A DNA stretch of 64,000 nucleotides, taken from contig OY969765.1 in assembly GCA_963702855.1 (NCBI GenBank), positions 513,766 through 577,765 of the forward strand, written 5' to 3'. Below the pieces are notes generated by a model, which ran no database searches, was not told where the DNA came from, and was given only the letters and a program-made list of their open reading frames with translations. This stretch comes from an uncultured cyanobacterium. GTDB lineage: Bacteria > Cyanobacteriota > Cyanobacteriia > Phormidesmidales > Phormidesmidaceae. The translations under genes and the position numbers were made by a program. Position 1 is the stretch's first letter. Every line of letters starts with the position of its first letter. Positions 48,770 through 58,308 of the stretch are shown in pieces.

Positions 48770-50356
48770 ATGCTCAGCACCCTCATTTGCATTCCCCTTG
48801 TCGGCGCGCTGCTCATCGCCTTTTTGCCCGTGAAGCTGAGCGCTGCGCAAACCCGTCTCGCCGCCTTTGCCTTTTCTGGTGTGTCTCTGCTGTGGACCCT
48901 CTGGCTGTTTACTCAATTCGATCTTGCAGCATCTGGTATGCAGATGGGAGAGTTTATGCCCTGGCTCCCTATGCTAGGTCTCAACTACGATCTTGGGCTA
49001 GACGGGCTGTCGCTGATGATGATCTTTCTCAACAGCCTGCTAACTTGGATTGCTATCTATAGCAGCGCCAAAGAAAAGGAACGGCCCAGGTTCTTCTACT
49101 CGCTCATTTTGTTTGTCAGCGGCGGTGTAGCGGGGGCCTTCCTGGCTCAGAACTTACTGCTGTTCTTTCTCCTATTTGAAATCGAGCTGGTGCCGCTCTA
49201 TTTTCTGGTTTCTATTTGGGGCGGGGCCAAGCGAGAATATGCAGCCACTAAGTTTTTGCTGTATACGGCGTTAGCGGGCGCATTTATTCTTGCCGCCTTT
49301 TTAGGAACGGCCTGGTTGGGAAAAACACTCGACTTTTCTTACGAACAAATGTCGCAAATTCAGCTACCGCTCACCTCCCAAGTGGTACTGCTGTCGCTGC
49401 TGCTAGTCGGCTTTGGTATCAAGATTCCGCTGGTGCCTTTTCACACATGGCTACCCGATACGTACGTGGCGGCGTCTCCTTCTGTGGCGATTATGCTCGG
49501 TGGCGTTTTGGCTAAGCTGGGCACCTATGGCATTTTTCGCTTTGGGTTGGGGCTCTTTCCCGATGCGTGGGCGCTGCTGTCGCCAGGCCTGGCAATATGG
49601 GCAGCGGTAAGCGTGCTGTATGGCTCGGTTACTGCGATCGCCCAGAAAGACATCAAGCGCATGGTAGCCTACAGCTCTATCGGACACATGGGCTATGTCA
49701 TGCTCGGCGGTGCAGCCTTTACAGAGCTGAGCCTCATCGGCGCAATCTCTCAGATGGTCTCTCATGGATTGATTCTGGCGCTGCTGTTTCACCTGGTGGG
49801 CCTAGTTGAAATCAAAGTAGGCACTCGTCAGTTAGATCAGCTTAATGGCCTGATGAATCCCCTCAGAGGTCTGCCCTTGGTCAGTGCTCTGCTTGTACTT
49901 AGCGGTATGGCCAGCGCCGGAATTCCCGGACTCGTCGGCTTCATTACCGAGTTCCTAGTTTTCCAAGGCAGCTACAGCACCTTTCCTATTCCTACCCTGG
50001 TTTGCGTCATCGGTACTGGCCTCACAGCCGTGTACTTTGTTATCTTAATCAACCGCACCTGCTTTGGTCGATTAGACAATCAAAAAGCCTATTACGATAA
50101 AGTCAGCATAGGCGAGAAAGTGCCGGCCCTAGTTCTGGCTACTCTAGTGCTTGTTTTAGGCTTACGTCCCGGCTGGCTCGTACAGTGGAGCGCCGCTACC
50201 TCACAGGCCATGATCGCGGCTATGCCCAGCGGGGAAGTTATTGCAGAAGAAAGAAATCTCTTTTGGCAATCGGAGAGGATTGCAGCCGTCTTGCCCAAAG
50301 GCTCCGCACCCAAGATTGGAGCGATTAGTCAAGACGAGCTCCCAGGGCACAGCTAG
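48770..50356 (+). CDS. ndhD3: NDH-1 CO2-uptake subunit D3
   Basis: LGLDGLS, FFLLFEIEL.P, KIPLVPFHTWLP, KRMVAYSSIGHMG, ASAGIPG. Confidence 0.93.
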   Translation: MLSTLICIPLVGALLIAFLPVKLSAAQTRLAAFAFSGVSLLWTLWLFTQFDLAASGMQMGEFMPWLPMLGLNYDLGLDGLSLMMIFLNSLLTWIAIYSSAKEKERPRFFYSLILFVSGGVAGAFLAQNLLLFFLLFEIELVPLYFLVSIWGGAKREYAATKFLLYTALAGAFILAAFLGTAWLGKTLDFSYEQMSQIQLPLTSQVVLLSLLLVGFGIKIPLVPFHTWLPDTYVAASPSVAIMLGGVLAKLGTYGIFRFGLGLFPDAWALLSPGLAIWAAVSVLYGSVTAIAQKDIKRMVAYSSIGHMGYVMLGGAAFTELSLIGAISQMVSHGLILALLFHLVGLVEIKVGTRQLDQLNGLMNPLRGLPLVSALLVLSGMASAGIPGLVGFITEFLVFQGSYSTFPIPTLVCVIGTGLTAVYFVILINRTCFGRLDNQKAYYDKVSIGEKVPALVLATLVLVLGLRPGWLVQWSAATSQAMIAAMPSGEVIAEERNLFWQSERIAAVLPKGSAPKIGAISQDELPGHS

Positions 50357-50480
50357 CGCTTAGACTACAGCTAGCGTCCAGGTTATAGCTAGCAAGCTGT
50401 AGTCTAAGCGCTATTCAACAGCTATTCACCTTCCTACAAAACAAGCTTCTACGCATAATTAGCCCTAAAAATTCACCATT

Positions 50481-51776
50481 ATGTCCTCACCTACGCTTGC
50501 CAAAACCACCCTGCCACCTTCTAACCACGCCTTTTCCGACGTTATCCATCGGCTCGAAGCCGGTGGGTCCATGCTGCCTGATACCCCTGACAATCTCAAG
50601 CAGATCATTGGCATTTACAAAGCTTACGCTGTTCCCATGGACTTCTACTGGCGAGATCTGCTCTATATTGCCGAACAGGTTTTCCTTAATCCTCTACCTG
50701 CTTTCAAATACTTTATCTCCAAAGACTATCTTGATCGCGATAACGTCTACGCTGGGGACAACGCAGATTTGCGAATTTGGCGCGGCGGTGGCGATGCGCA
50801 CCCAGAGCTAAGAGAATTTATTGAAAAAGGAGAGAGCGATCGCAAGCTCCCCAAACTGCTACATCATCTTTGGCACGACCGGGTCAACATGGAATTTGCC
50901 GAAGCGTGTATGCAGGCCATGCTATGGCACGAAGACATCAATCCCAAGTTCAACGCCTACCTAGACAGTGACGAGTATCGTGCTAACAGCGATCGCGCTA
51001 TTCGCGCCTATTTCAAAGGCAACCCGGTCATGCTCGGTCTGTACAAACTCTTTCCAGAGATGTTTCATGAGCAGGTCAAACAGCTTTCCTACTACAGCAA
51101 TCTAGGGCTGTTCTGGGAAGTCATGGCGCCTGTCTTCTTTGAAATGAGCGATCTGTACGACGAAGGCAAAATGACCAGCGTCCCTGCCGCGATGGATTTC
51201 CTCGTCAACGGCATTTTTGCCGTAGCCGGACGCCCCATCTATCACCATGCCTATATCAAAGGCGAATGCTACGAAATTATTCCAAAGTCCCAGGGCTTTA
51301 CCTGGCTATACGAAGCGGCTCTTCCGTACGTCGAAGCCGTCTTTTACCGCACGGCTCCCTTTAGAGGCACCAAGTCTTATAACGCCCAGGCCAAGCAAAT
51401 TCCCGTAGAACAAAAAGACTTCCACTACGGCATCCTCTACGCTGACGTTTTTCCTGTTGGCAGCGCGGGCATTCCACCCACTTTGCTAATGCAGGACATG
51501 CTCCACTTTCTCCCTGACTATTTGATAGAAGAGTACGACCAGCACGGACGCGGCGAAGACGACATCCTAATCCAGCTAGGTATCACCTTCCAGCGCTCTA
51601 TGTACAATGTTACCTCTGCGGTTATTCAGGCGCTGCGCACCGCTTTGCTCTACCCACTAGACGATCCTAATCCTGAGCATCTCAAAGCTAATCGTCAGTT
51701 CTTCGAGCAAAATCTCGATCGATTCAAACGCCCCGAAGCTAGGCTTCGAGATGTCCAAAGCCAAAACTACCGATAG
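50481..51776 (+). CDS. cupA: CO2 hydration protein CupA (ChpY)
   Basis: [41 protein letters not shown]; followed by cupS. Confidence 0.93.
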   Translation: MSSPTLAKTTLPPSNHAFSDVIHRLEAGGSMLPDTPDNLKQIIGIYKAYAVPMDFYWRDLLYIAEQVFLNPLPAFKYFISKDYLDRDNVYAGDNADLRIWRGGGDAHPELREFIEKGESDRKLPKLLHHLWHDRVNMEFAEACMQAMLWHEDINPKFNAYLDSDEYRANSDRAIRAYFKGNPVMLGLYKLFPEMFHEQVKQLSYYSNLGLFWEVMAPVFFEMSDLYDEGKMTSVPAAMDFLVNGIFAVAGRPIYHHAYIKGECYEIIPKSQGFTWLYEAALPYVEAVFYRTAPFRGTKSYNAQAKQIPVEQKDFHYGILYADVFPVGSAGIPPTLLMQDMLHFLPDYLIEEYDQHGRGEDDILIQLGITFQRSMYNVTSAVIQALRTALLYPLDDPNPEHLKANRQFFEQNLDRFKRPEARLRDVQSQNYR

Positions 51777-51781
51777 GTCCT

Positions 51782-52183
51782 ATGCCAAACATTGTCGAAA
51801 TTGCCGTCAGTACGGATGGCTTCTCTACCCTTGTCGCTGCTGTCAAGGCTGCCAATTTAGTCGAGGCTCTGTGTAGTGACGGCCCTTTCACGGTCTTTGC
51901 CCCTACTGACGACGCCTTTGCCAAGCTGCCCCCTGGCACTGTGCAAACCCTTGTAGACAACCCGCCTCAGCTCGCGCGTATTCTGAAATATCACGTTGTC
52001 AGCGGTGCCTGGACCCAGGCGGATCTAGATGACAAAGAAGAGCTACCTTCGCTCGAAAGCTCGCCCATTCCAATTCGAGTTAAGCCTACCTTTGAGGTCA
52101 AAAACGCTACCGTTTTAGCGGCGGATATTGAAGCGAGCAACGGCATTATTCACGTTATTGATAACGTTATTTTAATGGGCTGA
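51782..52183 (+). CDS. cupS: Fasciclin-domain protein CupS
   Basis: [34 protein letters not shown]. Confidence 0.9.
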   Translation: MPNIVEIAVSTDGFSTLVAAVKAANLVEALCSDGPFTVFAPTDDAFAKLPPGTVQTLVDNPPQLARILKYHVVSGAWTQADLDDKEELPSLESSPIPIRVKPTFEVKNATVLAADIEASNGIIHVIDNVILMG

Positions 52184-52244
52184 TACTATACAACCGTGTA
52201 AGTATTTGTATACAGTCTTACACCGACGCTCTCAGGTTTAGATC

Positions 52245-53666
52245 ATGTTTTTCTCTCTGCGATGGCCTTTGCCAATGGCTCAGTCAGTCAAAAGCCTGAC
52301 TTTGGGTCTGTGCATCATCGCGCTGCCGCTATACGGTTGCAGTGGGCTTAGCGGAGAGGAGTCGCCCTCTGGAGAGATTGGGGAGACCGGGGAGACTGGG
52401 GAGACTAGGGAGACTGAGACCGCTGAATCTGTTGGCGACGGCGGCACGGTCACCGTTTTGGGGGTGATTGTAGGCGAGCAGCAGGCCAGGCTGGAAGAGG
52501 CGCTTGCTCCTTTTGAAGAGGAAACAGGCATTGAAGTGCGCTACGAAGGCACGGATGCGTTTACCACTTTGCTACCGGTCAGGGTGGATTCAGGCAATTC
52601 GCCCGATATTGCGATGTTTCCGCAGCCGGGTTTGATGCGATCGCTCGCTGAAGAAGGCGCACTTGTCCCTGTGAGCGAAGTCCTAAGTCGCAGTGAGCTA
52701 GAAGCCTATTATCCCGATAGCTGGATCGATCTCTCGACCGTTGACGACCAGATCTACGGTATCTGGTACCGCTCAGCCGTCAAAAGCCTAGTGTGGTACA
52801 ACCCCAAAGAATTCGCAAAGGCCGGCTACGAAACGCCAGAAACCTGGGATGAGCTGATTGCCCTAAGTGACCAAATCGTCTCGGATGGCAGTAACCCATG
52901 GTGCCTAGGTATGGAGAGCGGCAACGCGTCCGGCTGGCCTGGCACCGACTGGGTAGAAGATATTGTGCTACATACGGCAGGCCCCGAGTTCTACGACCAG
53001 TGGGTAGAGCACGAGGTGCCCTTCAATGCCCCAGAGGTGCAAACAGCCTTTGACTACTTTGGTGCGATCGCTAAAACGCCAGAGTACCTATACGGCGGCA
53101 AAGCAGGCGCACTGAGCATTCCGTGGGGAGATTCTATCAACGGACTGTTTACCGAAACGCCGCAGTGCTACATGCAAAAGCAGGGGAATTTCATCAGCAA
53201 CTTTTTTTTAGAAGATGTGGTGATCGGTGAGGATGTAGATTTTTTTCCTACCCCGGTCATAAACTCTGAGTACGAGAATGCGCTGCTGGTAGCAGGTGAG
53301 ATTTTCTCCATGCTAAGAGATACCCCAGAAGCGCGAAAGCTGATGGCTTACCTAGCTACACCGATGCCCCATGAAATTTGGGCAGCGAAGGGCGGCCTGC
53401 TTTCTGCTAATAAGCAAGTTGATCTTAGTGTCTATCCTGACGAGCTGAGCCGTAAGCAGGCCGAGCTGCTAACGACGGCCGAAGTCGTGCAGTTCGACGC
53501 TTCTGACTCTATGCCGGGCGAAGTCGGCACCGGTACCTTTTGGTCAGGCATGATGGACTTTGTTGCCGGTGCTTCGACCGAAGAGGTGACTGACAAAATT
53601 GAATTTTATTGGCCCGAAGAAAGTGTCGAAGAGAGCACCAAAGAAGATAGCGAAGCACCTAAATAG
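52245..53666 (+). CDS. ggtB: Alpha-glucoside / glucosylglycerol ABC transporter substrate-binding lipoprotein
   Basis: Lipobox LYGC; PDIAMFPQPG, KSLVWYNP, WCLGMESG.ASGWPGTDWVED, FDASD.MP. Confidence 0.75.
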   Translation: MFFSLRWPLPMAQSVKSLTLGLCIIALPLYGCSGLSGEESPSGEIGETGETGETRETETAESVGDGGTVTVLGVIVGEQQARLEEALAPFEEETGIEVRYEGTDAFTTLLPVRVDSGNSPDIAMFPQPGLMRSLAEEGALVPVSEVLSRSELEAYYPDSWIDLSTVDDQIYGIWYRSAVKSLVWYNPKEFAKAGYETPETWDELIALSDQIVSDGSNPWCLGMESGNASGWPGTDWVEDIVLHTAGPEFYDQWVEHEVPFNAPEVQTAFDYFGAIAKTPEYLYGGKAGALSIPWGDSINGLFTETPQCYMQKQGNFISNFFLEDVVIGEDVDFFPTPVINSEYENALLVAGEIFSMLRDTPEARKLMAYLATPMPHEIWAAKGGLLSANKQVDLSVYPDELSRKQAELLTTAEVVQFDASDSMPGEVGTGTFWSGMMDFVAGASTEEVTDKIEFYWPEESVEESTKEDSEAPK

Positions 53667-53680
53667 GAGATACTCTCTAA

Positions 53681-54664
53681 ATGAACAGCAATATCTTACT
53701 CATACTAAGGGCGCTACTAGCTATCTTTATCGGATCAGCCGGAGTAATTGGGATCTTTTACGCGCTCAACATTCTCGTTGAAAGGCTTCTACCCGAGCGC
53801 ACCCGCCTCAAGGTACTGCCTTGGATATACGTTGGGCCAGCGGTACTGCTGCTGAGCGCTTATCTCGTTATTCCAACAATTCGCACCTTTTATCTCAGCT
53901 TCTTTGGCAGTAGCTCGAAAGAGTTTGTAGGATTAAAGAACTATATCTTTGTTCTCACTGCGCCCGATACGCTAATCACCTTTCGCAACAATCTGCTGTG
54001 GCTGGTGCTGGTTACTGGCATTAGCGTATCGTTGGGCCTAGTTATTGCTGTGCTAATCGATCGGGTGAAGTACGAGTCGGTTGCCAAGTCGCTGATCTTC
54101 TTGCCGATGGCGATCTCTTTTGTCGGCGCTAGCGTTATCTGGCGGTTTGTCTATGCCTATCGTCCTGCCGAGGCTGAGCAAATCGGATTGCTCAATGCCC
54201 TTGTCACGGGGTTGGGGTTCGAGCCGGTTGGGTGGCTGGTCAATCCGGCAATCAACAACTTTGCGCTGATTGCCATTATGATTTGGCTGCAAACGGGCTT
54301 TTGTATGGTGCTGCTCTCTTCGGCGGTCAAAGGTGTGCCCAACGATGTGCTCGAAGCGGCTCGGGTAGACGGGGCTAACGAAATTCAGATTTTTCGGCGA
54401 ATCATTGTGCCGATGATTATGCCGACGGTGCTGGTAGTCTCAACGACGGTGGTGGTACTAGTGCTGAAGGTATTCGATATTGTGTTTGTCATGACCGGTG
54501 GCAACCTAGGCACGGATGTAATTGCTAGCCGGATGATTAGAGAGATGTTTAACTTTAGAAACTACGGGCGGGGAAGTGCGATCGCAGTCATTCTTCTCAT
54601 AGCGGTCATCCCCGTGATGGTGGTTAATATTCGCCGATTTCGCCAGCAGGAGCAAAGTCGATGA
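53681..54664 (+). CDS. ggtC: Sugar ABC permease
   Basis: KSLIFLPMAISFVGA, IWLQTGF.MV, EAARVDGA (EAA loop). Confidence 0.75.
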   Translation: MNSNILLILRALLAIFIGSAGVIGIFYALNILVERLLPERTRLKVLPWIYVGPAVLLLSAYLVIPTIRTFYLSFFGSSSKEFVGLKNYIFVLTAPDTLITFRNNLLWLVLVTGISVSLGLVIAVLIDRVKYESVAKSLIFLPMAISFVGASVIWRFVYAYRPAEAEQIGLLNALVTGLGFEPVGWLVNPAINNFALIAIMIWLQTGFCMVLLSSAVKGVPNDVLEAARVDGANEIQIFRRIIVPMIMPTVLVVSTTVVVLVLKVFDIVFVMTGGNLGTDVIASRMIREMFNFRNYGRGSAIAVILLIAVIPVMVVNIRRFRQQEQSR

Positions 54665-55605
54665 CTGCCACCAATACTCCAAATACTTCTGGGCATAACA
54701 CGCCGGGACCTAACACGCCGGGACCAAACTATGTGGCCAAACGCAAAGAGCGCTCCAGGTTTGAGCGGCTGATGGCCCGTTTGCCGGTGCACCTAGCGGT
54801 CATTGGCATAGCTCTGCTGTGGACCCTGCCCACCTTGGGACTACTTATTAGCTCATTTCGTCCACCCGAAGCGCTCAACAGCAGCGGCTGGTGGACCGTG
54901 TTTGTTAACCCGTTCGAGTTTACGCAGTTTACGCTCGGCAACTACCAAGAGGTGCTAGCGGAAGGCATGGGTCAGGCATTTTTGAACAGTCTGGTGATTT
55001 CAGTGCCGGCGACTGTGATCCCGATTGCGATCGCTACTTTCGCCGCCTATGCTCTCGCTTGGATGGACTTTCCTGGTCGTCAGACTATTTTCATCATCAC
55101 CGTGGGTCTGCTAGTCGTCCCGTTGCAAATGACTCTCATCCCAATCCTGCGGGTCTACAACGTCTTGGGCATCTCCAGCACCTTTCTAGCCGTATGGTTA
55201 GCTCATGCAGCGTACGGCCTACCGTTAGGCGTTTATCTGCTGCGCAACTATATCGGCTCACTGCCGCGCGATCTAATTGAGGCCGCAGCCGTCGATGGGG
55301 CCTCCTATCTGAATGTATTCACGCGCATCGTGGTGCCGCTGAGTATGCCTGCGATCGCCTCTTTTGCCGTCTTCCAATTCCTCTGGGTTTGGAACGATCT
55401 GCTCGTCGCGCTGGTATACCTAGGCGGCAATCAGGACGTGGCTCCCGTCACCTTGGTTCTTAGGAATATTGTGGGCGATCGCGGTCAGGACTGGTTTCTG
55501 CTGACTGCTGGGGCGTTTATCTCTATGCTCGTTCCTATGGCGGTCTTCTTTGCCCTTCAGCGCTACTTCGTCCGTGGCCTGCTAGCGGGCTCCGTCAAAG
55601 GATAA
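54661..55605 (+). CDS. ggtD: Sugar ABC permease
   Basis: AAYALAWM.FPGR, EAAAVDGAS, FQFLWVWNDLL, FVRGLLAGSVKG. Confidence 0.75.
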   Translation: MTATNTPNTSGHNTPGPNTPGPNYVAKRKERSRFERLMARLPVHLAVIGIALLWTLPTLGLLISSFRPPEALNSSGWWTVFVNPFEFTQFTLGNYQEVLAEGMGQAFLNSLVISVPATVIPIAIATFAAYALAWMDFPGRQTIFIITVGLLVVPLQMTLIPILRVYNVLGISSTFLAVWLAHAAYGLPLGVYLLRNYIGSLPRDLIEAAAVDGASYLNVFTRIVVPLSMPAIASFAVFQFLWVWNDLLVALVYLGGNQDVAPVTLVLRNIVGDRGQDWFLLTAGAFISMLVPMAVFFALQRYFVRGLLAGSVKG

Positions 55606-55661
55606 GGCCAACTTCTAGCAGCTAAGCCATTCATCCCCTGACCATTCACCCCTGCTCGATC

Positions 55662-56768
55662 ATGTCTAGCGTTGTTTTTGAAAAAGTCACCAAACAGTAC
55701 GAGAACGGCTATGTCGCCGTCAAAGACCTCAATATAGAACTCGAAGACAAAGAGTTTCTAGTTCTAGTTGGACCTTCTGGCTGCGGCAAAACGACCTCTT
55801 TGCGAATGCTAGCAGGGCTAGAAGACATCAGCAGCGGCAGCATTTATATTGACGGTCAGCGGGTAAACAACGTCACCCCCAAAGATCGTGACATTGCTAT
55901 GGTGTTTCAGTCATACGCGCTGTATCCACACATGAGCGTCGCCAACAACATGGGCTTTAGCCTCGATCTTGAAGGCGTGCCCAAGAAAGAAATTCGAGCC
56001 AAAGTAGAAGCCGCGGCCAAACAGCTCGGTATTGAGCAGCTATTGGAGCGTAAGCCCAAGCAGCTCTCAGGCGGACAGCGGCAGCGGGTGGCACTAGGCA
56101 GAGCTATTGTGCGATCGCCGGCTGTTTTCCTAATGGACGAGCCCCTCTCTAACCTAGATGCCAAGCTGCGCGTTCAGGCCCGCGCCGAGCTGAGCGAACT
56201 GCACAAAAAGGTGGGTACCACCTTCGTCTACGTCACCCACGACCAGGCCGAAGCAATGACCATGGGCACCCGCATCGCCGTCATGAACGGCGGCATTTTG
56301 CAGCAGATTGACACGCCCCAAAATGTCTACGAGCATCCCAACAATATTTTCGTGGCGGGTTTCTTGGGCAGTCCTTCTATGAACTTCTTCAGCGCTCAGC
56401 TAAAAGAAAGAAGCGGCGCGCTGATCATTCAAACAGACGGTGGTATTGCAGTGCCAATTCCTGCCGAGCGGCTAGAGCGCTACCGAGAGTTTCGCGATCG
56501 CCCCGTCGTCTTCGGCATCCGTCCCGAAGGCATCTATCATCCTCAATACGTGCCTCCCGGCATCGAGCCGGTCAGCATTCCTGCCACCGTCAAAGTTGTA
56601 GAGCTGATGGGCCATGAAGTCATCGTCTACTTCACCTTGGCTGACGGCACCGAGTTTATCGCTCGCCTTGACCCTAGAGCTAAAGTTACCCCTGGCGAAC
56701 AGCTCAATCTCCAGTTTGACCTTACCCGCTTTCACCTCTTCGATCAGGAGAGTGAACAGGCAATCTAA
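55662..56768 (+). CDS. ggtA: Sugar ABC ATPase (MalK/GgtA family)
   Basis: GPSGCGKTT, LSGGQRQRVALGRA, DEPLSNLDAKLR, TOBE C-terminus. Confidence 0.75.
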   Translation: MSSVVFEKVTKQYENGYVAVKDLNIELEDKEFLVLVGPSGCGKTTSLRMLAGLEDISSGSIYIDGQRVNNVTPKDRDIAMVFQSYALYPHMSVANNMGFSLDLEGVPKKEIRAKVEAAAKQLGIEQLLERKPKQLSGGQRQRVALGRAIVRSPAVFLMDEPLSNLDAKLRVQARAELSELHKKVGTTFVYVTHDQAEAMTMGTRIAVMNGGILQQIDTPQNVYEHPNNIFVAGFLGSPSMNFFSAQLKERSGALIIQTDGGIAVPIPAERLERYREFRDRPVVFGIRPEGIYHPQYVPPGIEPVSIPATVKVVELMGHEVIVYFTLADGTEFIARLDPRAKVTPGEQLNLQFDLTRFHLFDQESEQAI

Positions 56769-56835
56769 CCCTGTAAGAGCTATGTCAGATGCCTATGTCT
56801 ATGCCTATTTCTATGCCTGTGTCTAGTGTCTATTT

Positions 56836-58242
56836 CTATGGATAGCTAGCGTCTATGCAGCTAGAGCCCGTAGAGCCAGACGCTTCAAAGCACTCGCTGA
56901 TCTGACTGATAAACGACACATGATCCCAGCTATTTCTCCGCTGAGAAAGGCCTAGTCGCACGACTACCAGATCGCGATCTGGCACTACCGTTACAAACTG
57001 TCCTTGATAGCCTGCCGCTAAATAGGCCCCTTGCGGCCAGGTCGAATTCTTTGGCCTATGCGCCATAGAAGAATCAACCACAAAGGAATTAGGCACCCCG
57101 CGCCAAAAGTGTGCACCATAAAAATTAGCCGTCTCACTCGGCGAGGTGGAATAGGCCACCCAGCCAGTGGGCAAAATTCGCCTCCACTGCCCATCAATTT
57201 GCCAGCGGCCATCTTGTGAATACAGCAGTCCTAGCTTGGCCCAGTCTCGCGCCGTCGCATACATAAAAGACGATCCGGTAAACGTTCCTGCCGCATCGGG
57301 TTCTAGCACCGCACTTGTCATTCCTATGCGCTCAAATAGTACCTGCTGAGGAAAAGCAAAGTAGTCGCTCAGCAAGCCGCCTACCGCTTGGCGAATGATG
57401 TAGCAGAGCAGCACCGTTGTGCCACCCGCATAGGAGAACTCACGTCCCGGCGCATTTCTTAGCGGTAGCTGAGCGGCGTACTTAGCCCCATCTCCACACT
57501 GAAATAATAGAGTTGTAACGTCCGAAAGTGGGTCTAAATAGTCTTCAGAAAACGCTAGGCCGCTGCTCATACGCAGTAGCTGATCGAGGGTGATTTTGCG
57601 CCGCGGATCGTTTTGACTACGCCATTCGGGCAGTAAATCTTGCGACGATAAAGAAAGCTTGCCTTGCTGTACCAAGACGCCAATTAGAGCGTTCACAACG
57701 CTTTTGGCCATTGACCAGCCTAGCAGCGGCGTCTGCGCCGAAAAGCCTGCTGCGTAGCGTTCGGCAACTAGCTTACCCTGATGAAGAACAACAACCGCGC
57801 GCGATCGCCGCAATCTCCTCGGGTCCGACTCCACGAATGCCGCCTCTACCGCCTGCGCTAAGCGCTTTGCATCAACCCCAGATAGGGTCTTACCAGATAG
57901 GGTCTTACCAGTCAACAGCGTTTGCCTGCGCCGATCTGGTAACCCATCCTGTAGCTGTGGCTGCTTCTCAAACACCGTCGCCTGCTCTCGCAGCCTTGCT
58001 ACCGTCGTTCCTAGCACCAGCGTACTGCCTAGCTTTGGTCTGTAGAGCGCCACGCGCTTAAACAAGCCAAAGCAAGAGACCGTCACCGTTTTCTGTTTAA
58101 AGTCAACAACAGAACGCAATAGCCGTAGGGCCGCCAGGTCGTCTACTGCCAAATCTTCACTCAGCAGGGCTGAAGCCTCTCGCCTGCTAACAAATATGCC
58201 TGAACACAGCAGCTTTGCCTTATAGGCGATCGCCATTTGCAA
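56836..58242 (-). CDS. Serine hydrolase, beta-lactamase class C-like family
   Basis: GWSMAKS (SxxK), LLRMSSGL, ATARDWAKLG.LY, GYQGQ. Confidence 0.85.
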   Translation of the reverse strand: MQMAIAYKAKLLCSGIFVSRREASALLSEDLAVDDLAALRLLRSVVDFKQKTVTVSCFGLFKRVALYRPKLGSTLVLGTTVARLREQATVFEKQPQLQDGLPDRRRQTLLTGKTLSGKTLSGVDAKRLAQAVEAAFVESDPRRLRRSRAVVVLHQGKLVAERYAAGFSAQTPLLGWSMAKSVVNALIGVLVQQGKLSLSSQDLLPEWRSQNDPRRKITLDQLLRMSSGLAFSEDYLDPLSDVTTLLFQCGDGAKYAAQLPLRNAPGREFSYAGGTTVLLCYIIRQAVGGLLSDYFAFPQQVLFERIGMTSAVLEPDAAGTFTGSSFMYATARDWAKLGLLYSQDGRWQIDGQWRRILPTGWVAYSTSPSETANFYGAHFWRGVPNSFVVDSSMAHRPKNSTWPQGAYLAAGYQGQFVTVVPDRDLVVVRLGLSQRRNSWDHVSFISQISECFEASGSTGSSCIDASYP

Positions 58243-58308
58243 AAAGCGAGACAGATAGGTAAGCCTAGCGCTCGCAGCGTCTACGGTGACCCCCCTACAC
58301 GACTTCAG

